From contig JBHYGA010000004.1 in assembly GCA_051859245.1 (NCBI GenBank), positions 32,001 to 96,000 of the forward strand: 64,000 nucleotides of DNA, in the 5' to 3' direction. A program made the translations under genes and the position numbers. How positions within the stretch are numbered: position 1 is the stretch's first letter; each line of letters starts with the position of its first letter. Below are positions 18,012 through 26,123 of the stretch, piece after piece. This DNA is from Gemmatimonadaceae bacterium. Its GTDB lineage: Bacteria > Gemmatimonadota > Gemmatimonadetes > Gemmatimonadales > Gemmatimonadaceae. The notes under the pieces were generated by a model. The model had not been told where the DNA came from. It searched no databases and worked only from the letters and a program-made list of their open reading frames with translations.

Positions 18012-19238
18012 TCAGAAGGCGACGTGCTCTGGGACTGGAGTAGCGGTGCCGGCAAAGTCTGTATCAAATCGTGCGGGAGCGAACGCGCTGATCCATTCGG
18101 GCTCAGCGTGATCGCAGATGGTCATGGCAATCGCGTCGGCCGTTGCGGGCGCTAGCAGAATACCATTGCGATAGTGTCCGGTGGCGAACAACAGACGTTC
18201 GTCACGATGGCCAATCATTGGTGCATCATCACGCGAGCCGGGTCGAAAACCACACCAGGTTTCCACCACGCGCGCCGATTCAACGGCCGGCATGGCGCGC
18301 CACGCGCCTTCGAGCAAATGCAACAAGCCGCCAGCCGTGACACCCTCTTCAAAACCGCGGTCTTCAACCGTGGCACCAATGAGGAGCCGACCGGACGTTC
18401 TTGGTACAAGATATACGCGGGGCGTGAACACGGCATGCTGCAGCAGCGGTGTGCTATCGGGCAGCTCCACCGACAACATCTGTCCCTTCACGGGATGGAC
18501 CGGCGGCTTCCATTCATCAGGAATGCCGGCGATCGTGCGTGACCAGGCACCTGCGGCGAGGACGACGTAGTCCGACTCGAGCTGTCCGTGCTCTGTGACG
18601 ACCATTGGCCTCGCACCATCAAGCGAGACGGCGTCCACCCGACGCTGATGCACCGCGACGCCGTGCGCACCGAGCACATCACGCAGTGCGACCAGCACCG
18701 CACGTGGATCCACCTGTCGATCATTGGGCAGATGGCGCGCTGCAAGCGCCGTTGCTTCCAGATTCGGTTCCAGCTCCGCCAGCTGAGCGCGCGTGAGCCA
18801 GCGCTGCGTCGTGCCGAGCCGTTCATGGTACGCGTGTGCATGCTCCAGCTTCTTCACATCGTCACGTGTGAGCGCGACCACGAGCGACCCGCGGGCACGA
18901 AAGTCGAGCGGGATGGTGGAGTGTCCTTCCAGTTCACGCGCGAACGCTGGCCAGAGCGCCAGACTGCGCAGGCACAACGCGTGCAACGCATCTTCCGTTG
19001 GCTCCGCTTCCACGCCCGGCGCCAACAGTCCGGCCGACGCGCGACTGGCCGCGTAACAGCCGCGCCCCTGACTTGGTCCGCCCGCATCAAACACGTCCAC
19101 ACGACAACCACGCTGCACGAGACGCCACGCGATTGATAATCCGATAATGCCACCGCCAATCACAGACACGTGTGGTGCGACCGCGGAGGTAGTCGCGGCT
19201 GCTCCCTCGGTGTGTATGCGCGAAAATGTGCCTGACAC
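18012..19238 (-). CDS. thiO: Glycine oxidase ThiO
   Basis: FAD motif VIGGGIIG, ASAGLLAP, PVKGQML, GFRP, TGHYRNGILLAP; adjacent to thiS and thiG. Confidence 0.93.
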   Translation of the reverse strand: MSGTFSRIHTEGAAATTSAVAPHVSVIGGGIIGLSIAWRLVQRGCRVDVFDAGGPSQGRGCYAASRASAGLLAPGVEAEPTEDALHALCLRSLALWPAFARELEGHSTIPLDFRARGSLVVALTRDDVKKLEHAHAYHERLGTTQRWLTRAQLAELEPNLEATALAARHLPNDRQVDPRAVLVALRDVLGAHGVAVHQRRVDAVSLDGARPMVVTEHGQLESDYVVLAAGAWSRTIAGIPDEWKPPVHPVKGQMLSVELPDSTPLLQHAVFTPRVYLVPRTSGRLLIGATVEDRGFEEGVTAGGLLHLLEGAWRAMPAVESARVVETWCGFRPGSRDDAPMIGHRDERLLFATGHYRNGILLAPATADAIAMTICDHAEPEWISAFAPARFDTDFAGTATPVPEHVAF

Positions 19239-19475
19239 CGCCAACCCCTTAGCTATAAGCAATCGTCGGCACCGCAACGTTGCGAGCGCCAAACCGCTGT
19301 TCCGCACACGATACGAACTGAACCGTGCGGACGTTGGCCGTTGACGTGAACGATACACAACGCTGGCGCTCCCGTGCGCGGCGCTGCAGAATCAGCGTAG
19401 GCCATTGCAGCACTGCCGTGGCTTTGCGCGCGTTCATCCGGAGCGTGCGATTACGTCGCGACGGAGGAACGATTG

Positions 19476-19871
19476 ATGCCATTAGGCCGTGTCAGTCAGC
19501 GCATCGCCGATGTCGTTGGTCAGTGGGAAGGTGTAACCGTGCTTCCGCATCGCTTTGGCGGTGTGGAGTTTCGTGTGCAGCAACGCGAGATCGGACACTT
19601 GCACAACGACCGCACGGCCGACCTGCCGTTCAGCGTTCGCGAGCGACGCGACCTCGTGGCGTCGGGTCGCGCCCGTGCGCATCACATGCTCGCGAACTCA
19701 GGCTGGGTGAGCCTGCCTATTCGCAGCGAGCACGATATTCCGGCGGTGCTCGATCTGTTTCGTCGCAACTACGAGCGACTGCGCGGCCTGGGTCCGCGCA
19801 TGTCGCCGAGTTCGATGGGTGAGTCGATCCAACTGGTGGAGGGGCGCAGCATCGACGAGCTACCGGCGTAA
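19476..19871 (+). CDS. Luciferase-like/DUF5519-type small protein
   Basis: PHRFGGVEF, EIGHLH and HHMLANSGWVS motifs; GGAGG RBS. Confidence 0.75.
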   Translation: MPLGRVSQRIADVVGQWEGVTVLPHRFGGVEFRVQQREIGHLHNDRTADLPFSVRERRDLVASGRARAHHMLANSGWVSLPIRSEHDIPAVLDLFRRNYERLRGLGPRMSPSSMGESIQLVEGRSIDELPA

Positions 19872-19891
19872 CGCGCAACCCGCATAGCAAG

Positions 19892-19939
19892 TTGCTCGCG
19901 TAGCACGATGCTTGCGTAGTACGATGCTTGCGTAGTACG
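19892..19939. repeat. 16-bp tandem repeat x3
   Basis: TTGCTCGCGTAGCACG, ATGCTTGCGTAGTACG, ATGCTTGCGTAGTACG between convergent stop codons. Confidence 0.85.
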
Positions 19940-19944
19940 CGCCG

Positions 19945-21312
19945 TTAGTTGCGTGCGCCGCCCCCGATGGTGCGCACGAGCGCGCTCGATGTATCGACGC
20001 CGCGCCGGACGTGCAGAACAGCGGGCGCGCCGATGGGGAGCAGCACACCGGCGCTGGCGCGAGTCAGGGTTGATGCGTCTGGATGCAGAAACAGACCTTC
20101 TACATTGATGGTATCAATGGCCACCACGCCCGCCAGATCGCCGACTTCGCGCACGCGGCCACCGGTGCGCGCCACCGCATCATCGTAATTGATCGCCAGG
20201 TCAACGCGCGCCGGTGCACTCCCGGGCAAGACCAGTCGCCCGCCGAGCACCAGCACGTCACTCGCACCACCAGTATTGAACGGCAGTTGCTCGTACGTTT
20301 GCGGATCGGCACTGCTCCACGCGCCGGTGGCGAGGGCATCGAATACACTGATGAGCGCCGCCACATGCAGCGCGCGCAGTCGCTGCTTCTGCGGATCGCC
20401 GGGCAACGCACCGCTTTCGATCAGCACGGTACTGGTACCCCATTGCTGCATGAGGTCTCCAAATGCCCGTGGGTTGAATCCGTCGTCGTACTTGGCGACG
20501 CGATTGGGCAACTCAGTCTGGAACGAGGTGGCGAGCGTGGACGCAACGAGACGCGCTCGCGAACGAACCTCATTGTACGCACGCGTCGCATCATGCGGCG
20601 GTGCAAGCAGAGCGATCGCCGCCTGCACGCCATCCCGACCCACGCGCGTTCGCGCATTCTGGTCGTGCAGGTTGAACCCAAACTTTGGTTTGAGTCGGTC
20701 GCGGACCGCTTTCAGTGTCTGGGCTTCGGGCGTAGAGAGTCGGCGCGCGTCACGATTGATGTCGACACCCACGGCATTCTCGCGCTGAAAGACCTCCGCC
20801 CCATCGGGGTTCAGCATAGGAAGAAAAACCAGCGTGACCCCCTTCATGATGCGCTCACGCAGCGCGTCATCGCGGCTCTCCGCGCGCGTATTCGCAAACC
20901 ACCGCACAATGTCGGCCAGCGCCATGGTGGCGGTGGATTCATCGCCGTGCATCTGCGACCACAGCAGCACGGTATCGCGACCGGTGCCAATGGTGATCGT
21001 GCGCAGCGCACGACCGTGCAGCGACTTGCCAACCTCTTCCACTTTGAAGCCCGCGTACGTGGCCACCGGCTGCACGACGTTCCAGAACTGCTCGTGCGTG
21101 AAACGTCGTGTGGTGATTGTGGGTTCGCGGTAGTCAGCGGCAATACGAAGGGCTACGCCCATCGCACTGTCACCACAACACAGCGTGACACCCGATGCGT
21201 TGGGTGTTGGTGCCGTTGCCGCAGGACGTGTTGAGCAAGCCGCAATCAGCGACGCGCACACAACGACTGCGACCACGATCCAGGGCTTAGCGAGCACCCG
21301 AGTTCTCCTCAT
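19945..21312 (-). CDS. M14-family zinc carboxypeptidase (lipoprotein)
   Basis: HGDE zinc motif, NPDG, DINRD, NLHDQ; lipobox IAA-C. Confidence 0.9.
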   Translation of the reverse strand: MRRTRVLAKPWIVVAVVVCASLIAACSTRPAATAPTPNASGVTLCCGDSAMGVALRIAADYREPTITTRRFTHEQFWNVVQPVATYAGFKVEEVGKSLHGRALRTITIGTGRDTVLLWSQMHGDESTATMALADIVRWFANTRAESRDDALRERIMKGVTLVFLPMLNPDGAEVFQRENAVGVDINRDARRLSTPEAQTLKAVRDRLKPKFGFNLHDQNARTRVGRDGVQAAIALLAPPHDATRAYNEVRSRARLVASTLATSFQTELPNRVAKYDDGFNPRAFGDLMQQWGTSTVLIESGALPGDPQKQRLRALHVAALISVFDALATGAWSSADPQTYEQLPFNTGGASDVLVLGGRLVLPGSAPARVDLAINYDDAVARTGGRVREVGDLAGVVAIDTINVEGLFLHPDASTLTRASAGVLLPIGAPAVLHVRRGVDTSSALVRTIGGGARN

Positions 21313-24300
21313 TGGCCGCGTTCTTTGCCACGCGCAACATGCGCAGTGCTTCCTGAATGGCTTCCATCAGCTCGCGATCCCGCCCGGCCAGTTCATCCAT
21401 TGGTGAGTTGCGCACCCATACATCCGGCGGCACCCCATAGTTCTCAAGGTTCACGCCATAATTGTTGGGCTTGCTCGGATCGTACGTGACCACAAATGAG
21501 CCTGGCGTACGAATGCTGCCGCCATTGATCAACGTGTAGCTGCCGGTTGCGATGACGGCAGCCGCCGTTGGATTGCCAACAATGCGACCGAGTCCGAGCT
21601 GCCGAAACGCCATCGGCGTGACTTCGGAATCAGAGCCAGAGCGCTGATTCACCAGCATGACTTTGGGACCGGCAATTGCCTGACGCGGCCGGCGTCCCCA
21701 GCTGCGCGACCCGTTGCGGTTGTTCCAGAACTGATACGGCTGACGCTCGAGAATATCGATCAGTTCCTGATCAATGTTGCCGCCCCCGTTGTAACGGATG
21801 TCGACAATGATTCCGGCCTTGTTGCTGTACTGATTGATTTCATTACGGAAGACTTCCAGCGACGGCTGGTTCATGCTGCGAATGTGCACGTACGCGATCT
21901 GACCACCCGATTCCTTGTCAACAATCGCACGACGTTCGTCTACCCACTCCTGATACTTCACATCGCTGAGTGACGTGACCGTGTTGATGCGCACGGTTCG
22001 CGCGCCAGTGCCGTTTGCGTTGGTCGCCACGCGAACAGGTACGTACGTGTTGAGCGTGTTGCTGAGTGTTCTCCAGTAGTTGTCGCCGGCTTTCAGATCC
22101 TGCCCGTCAATGGAGAGCACATACTGCCCCACCTCGAGGTTCAACCATTCCTTGTCGGCCGGACCACCACGATGCACGTGCGAAATACGATACCGACCCG
22201 CCTGTTCATCGGCTTCGAGTTCGAGGCCGAGCAAGCGGGTTTGGGTAATGCGCGGCATGGACCGTGATGGCGGGCCGCTCACTCCGGTGTGCGACGCATT
22301 GAGTTCGCCGATCATTTCGTTGGCCAGGTCGTACACGTCTTCGTTGGTGCCCACGTGTGCGAGCAGCGGCTCGTAGCTACGCCAGATGGCGTTCCAATCA
22401 CGACCGTGCATTTTTTCATCGTAGAACCGGTACTTCATGACACGCCATGATTCGGCCAGCAGTTGCCGCCATTCGTCGCGCCGATTCACCTGCACGGTGA
22501 AGCTGAAGTTCACGCGTTCGGTGCGCTGCGGTGTCGCAAGCACCAGCTTGTGAATTTCGCTTCCGGCGGTACTTGGCGGACCATCGCTCTCCGCGCCGCC
22601 CGCGGCGGCGCGGCGGAAGAAGACCGTACGACGATCCATCGTTGGGGTGAGATCCGGAAACGCTCCGGCTGCAATGCGCCGCCGATTCTGCCCGTCGAGT
22701 CCGATCACAAAGAGTCCGTTCGCATCGTCGCCGGTGCCACCCGTGACGGTGAAATGCACCGAGCGGCCGTCGCGCGCGAGAAAGAGATTGCCTGCGCCTC
22801 CCGCACCACGCGTGAGTTGTATCGCGCGGCGCGCAATGCCAGCGGTATCAACAGTGATCGGCGGCGCCGCAGGAGCCGCAGCGGGTGTGTTTGCGGCCGA
22901 TGCACTCACCGAGGTTGAGTCCGCGCGCTCTGTTCGATTTCCGGCCCGACGCAGCCGCTCACGCACCAGCGGATCGTTTGGATCTTCCTGCAAGCGCACC
23001 AGCGACACCACGAACACATGATTTGTGCCCGCGTCCCGTGACGATGTAAATACCAGCTGCTTGCCGTCCGGCGTGAGCACCGGATTGCCGTCGGTGAACG
23101 GGTTGTTACTCACATTGTATTCGCGACGGGCGCCGATATCGAACAGGAACACATCAGCGTTCTGATCATCATCGCGGCGCGTGTACACAAGCCACCGTCC
23201 ATCGCTCGAGTATTGCGCAATGGAGTACCCACCGGCCGGATTGTGCGCGAGTTCGCGCGGCGAACCGTTGGCAACGTCTACTTCCCACAATCGATTGTCA
23301 GCCACGAACGCCAGCTTGCGCGAATCCGAGGCCCACGTGAGTTCACTCTTGATGGACTCGTGCGTGGTGAGCTTGTTTCGCGCACCGGTTGCGCGATCCC
23401 ACAACCAGATCTCTTCCTCACCCGATTCATCAGAGATGTAGGCGATGCGACGGCCGTCGGGCGACCACAGCTGACTGCGTTCACGCCACGGTGAGTTCGT
23501 GACGCGCGCCAGTTCGCCCACGCCATCTTCACTCGGCACCACCACAATCTCGCCGTGCACATCAACCGCCACGTAGTCGCCCGAGGGGGAGACGGCAAAA
23601 CCGTCGGCGCGATGGTTCGCAGCGATTACGCCGATGTCGTTTTCTTTCGGATCAAACGCCATGCGAATATCGACACGCTGCGGCTGACCACCGGATACGC
23701 TCAGCGTCCACAAGCTGAAGTTGTTTTCGTAGATCATGCGCGACCCGTCAGGCGAGATCGACGGAAACTGCACACCGTCATCCGTGTGTCGCGTGATCTG
23801 TTCTGGTGCGCCGCCCGCGGCGTTGATGCGCCAGATATTGAAGATTCCGTCGCGCTCCGACGCAAAGTAGATGCGACCGTCGGCGCCCCACATTGGGTGC
23901 ACATCGTGCGTGGCCGACTGGTACTGCTTGATGTCCGTGTCAGTGAGTTCGGTGATCGCACCGGTGCGCAGATCCTGCACCGCGATATCCGCGTTGTTGT
24001 TGCCGCGATAGCCCTTACGCCAATAGCTCGGCACCGAGCGATTGAAGGCGACCATGGTCATGTCCTGTTTGATCATGCCCGAACGGCCGGCATCCATGGG
24101 CAGCGCGCGCGGAATCGAACCATCGAGCGCCACCCTATAGAGCGGCGATCCCCACTGCTTCACGCCGCGCCCCGAGGTGAACACCACTTCGCGTCCGTCC
24201 GGCGTCCAGTAGAGCGCCTGGTCATCTCCACTGTGCCACGTCAGTTGCCTCGGTTCGCCGCCTGCGACGGACACGACGTATACATCGTTGTTGCCCATAC

Positions 24301-24676
24301 GATTGCTCGTAAACGCGATCCACTGTCCGTCGGGCGAAAAGCGCGGCATCATGTCGCGCGCCACGTGCGCCGAAAGTCGGCGAGCGTTTGCGCCGTTGGC
24401 GTCGGCCAACCAGATGTCATCCTGGTAGGTGAACGCAATGCGCCCGTCGTTGGCTACGTGCGCGTAGCGGGCGAAACGAATAGGCGAGCTCGCCGCCTGC
24501 GCGCTCGACTGCTGCGCGCTGGCCGATTGCGCGTGCAGCTCGGCGGCGCGTGGCGCGGCGGGGAGAAGCGTTGCCGCCAACGCTCCGAGCAGTGGTACGC
24601 GTTGAATACGTACGCGCGACGCGCTTACGTGTCGCGGCGCGGCGGAAGGGCGGGAGGCGCGAAAGGGGAAAGGCAT
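21287..24676 (-). CDS. Tricorn-like S41 protease
   Basis: PD40-like beta-propeller repeats, GELNASHTG, PDZ region, DIRYNGGG, catalytic GSDSE, ENYGVPPD. Confidence 0.93.
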   Translation of the reverse strand: MPFPFRASRPSAAPRHVSASRVRIQRVPLLGALAATLLPAAPRAAELHAQSASAQQSSAQAASSPIRFARYAHVANDGRIAFTYQDDIWLADANGANARRLSAHVARDMMPRFSPDGQWIAFTSNRMGNNDVYVVSVAGGEPRQLTWHSGDDQALYWTPDGREVVFTSGRGVKQWGSPLYRVALDGSIPRALPMDAGRSGMIKQDMTMVAFNRSVPSYWRKGYRGNNNADIAVQDLRTGAITELTDTDIKQYQSATHDVHPMWGADGRIYFASERDGIFNIWRINAAGGAPEQITRHTDDGVQFPSISPDGSRMIYENNFSLWTLSVSGGQPQRVDIRMAFDPKENDIGVIAANHRADGFAVSPSGDYVAVDVHGEIVVVPSEDGVGELARVTNSPWRERSQLWSPDGRRIAYISDESGEEEIWLWDRATGARNKLTTHESIKSELTWASDSRKLAFVADNRLWEVDVANGSPRELAHNPAGGYSIAQYSSDGRWLVYTRRDDDQNADVFLFDIGARREYNVSNNPFTDGNPVLTPDGKQLVFTSSRDAGTNHVFVVSLVRLQEDPNDPLVRERLRRAGNRTERADSTSVSASAANTPAAAPAAPPITVDTAGIARRAIQLTRGAGGAGNLFLARDGRSVHFTVTGGTGDDANGLFVIGLDGQNRRRIAAGAFPDLTPTMDRRTVFFRRAAAGGAESDGPPSTAGSEIHKLVLATPQRTERVNFSFTVQVNRRDEWRQLLAESWRVMKYRFYDEKMHGRDWNAIWRSYEPLLAHVGTNEDVYDLANEMIGELNASHTGVSGPPSRSMPRITQTRLLGLELEADEQAGRYRISHVHRGGPADKEWLNLEVGQYVLSIDGQDLKAGDNYWRTLSNTLNTYVPVRVATNANGTGARTVRINTVTSLSDVKYQEWVDERRAIVDKESGGQIAYVHIRSMNQPSLEVFRNEINQYSNKAGIIVDIRYNGGGNIDQELIDILERQPYQFWNNRNGSRSWGRRPRQAIAGPKVMLVNQRSGSDSEVTPMAFRQLGLGRIVGNPTAAAVIATGSYTLINGGSIRTPGSFVVTYDPSKPNNYGVNLENYGVPPDVWVRNSPMDELAGRDRELMEAIQEALRMLRVAKNAANEENSGAR

Positions 24677-24808
24677 GGCCGACGGTCTCCGAGAAGGGGA
24701 TGATGCCGGTGAATATGCGCCTCGCCCTCGCAGGACGCGCCCCCCGTTTCGCCATCGTCGCGTATTTTGATGAGTCGTTCTCGCCCCGCCCCCTTTGCCC
24801 GCACTCCC

Positions 24809-26116
24809 ATGACCAGCTCCGTCCCCTCCAGTCGTTCGCTGGCGTTCGTCGCGATCGCCGCCGGCTCACTACTGACCGCGTCCTCACTTTCGGCGCAGGT
24901 TCGCCCAACCGACGACGCCGCACTCGTGACGCGAGCCCGCGGCATTCACGAGCGCGTGATGACGCTCGACACGCACGTGGACATCTCGCCCGCGAACTTT
25001 CGCGCCGATACGCTGAACTACGCCGCCAAGCTGCCGCGTACCCAGGTCGATCTGGTCAAAATGGAAGAAGGCGGACTGGATGCGGCGTTTCTGATCGTGT
25101 ACGTGGGTCAGTCGCCGCGCCTCGACGCCGAGGGATTTGCGGGCGCCAAGGCGTCAGCGCTCGAGAAGTTCGCGGCGGTGCGCCGTCTCACGGACAGCAT
25201 TGCGCCCAAACGCGCCGGACTCGCCCTGACGGCGGCGGACGCGCGTCGCATTTACGCGAGCGGACGGAAGGTGATTTTCATTGGCATCGAAAACGGATTT
25301 CCGGTCGGTTCCGATATCACCAACGTGAAGCGGTTCTACGACTTAGGCGGCCGCTACATGTCGCTGGCTCACAATGGACATAGTCAACTTTCGGACTCCA
25401 ACACCGGTGAAAGAGACAATGTCTGGCTTCACAACGGATTGAGCCCACTCGGTCGGCAGGTGATCGCCGAAATGAATCGACTGGGCATCATGATCGACAT
25501 TTCGCATCCATCCAAGGCGAGCATGATGCAGACCGTGGCGTTGTCCAAAGCGCCGATCATCGCCTCGCATTCTGGCGTGCGCGCCATCTGCAATCACAGC
25601 CGCAACATGGACGACGAGCAGCTCGACGCCATGAAGAAGAACGGCGGTGTGATTCAACTCGTGGCGTTCAACAGCTACGTGAAGTGCGACGCCACGAAGA
25701 CGGCGGCGCGCGAAGCGGCGATTGCCGATCTGCGCAAAGAATTTGGCATCACGGCTACGAACAATCGTGAAGTGAGCGCGGCGATTGCGGCGCTTCCGGA
25801 TGCGCGTCGCAATGAATTTCTGGCCAAGCAGGAGGACATCACAGCGCGTCGGTATCCGGCGGATCCGGCGGCCACAGTGTCAGATTTTGCCGACCACATT
25901 GATTACGTGGTCAAGCGCATCGGCATCGACCACGCCGGCATCAGCTCGGACTTTGATGGCGGTGGCGGCGTGGAAGGCTGGCGGAGCGCCACGGAAACGT
26001 TCAACGTCACGCTGGAGCTGGTGCGTCGCGGCTACACCGAGGAGCAGATCGCCAAGATCTGGAGTGGCAATCTGCTCCGCGTGCTCGAGCAAGTCGAAAA
26101 GGTCGCTGGCAAATAG
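24809..26116 (+). CDS. Membrane/renal-type dipeptidase (M19)
   Basis: DTHVD, IENG, DISH, ASHS, SRN and SSDFDGG motifs; signal peptide. Confidence 0.93.
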   Translation: MTSSVPSSRSLAFVAIAAGSLLTASSLSAQVRPTDDAALVTRARGIHERVMTLDTHVDISPANFRADTLNYAAKLPRTQVDLVKMEEGGLDAAFLIVYVGQSPRLDAEGFAGAKASALEKFAAVRRLTDSIAPKRAGLALTAADARRIYASGRKVIFIGIENGFPVGSDITNVKRFYDLGGRYMSLAHNGHSQLSDSNTGERDNVWLHNGLSPLGRQVIAEMNRLGIMIDISHPSKASMMQTVALSKAPIIASHSGVRAICNHSRNMDDEQLDAMKKNGGVIQLVAFNSYVKCDATKTAAREAAIADLRKEFGITATNNREVSAAIAALPDARRNEFLAKQEDITARRYPADPAATVSDFADHIDYVVKRIGIDHAGISSDFDGGGGVEGWRSATETFNVTLELVRRGYTEEQIAKIWSGNLLRVLEQVEKVAGK

Positions 26117-26123
26117 TCCCTGA

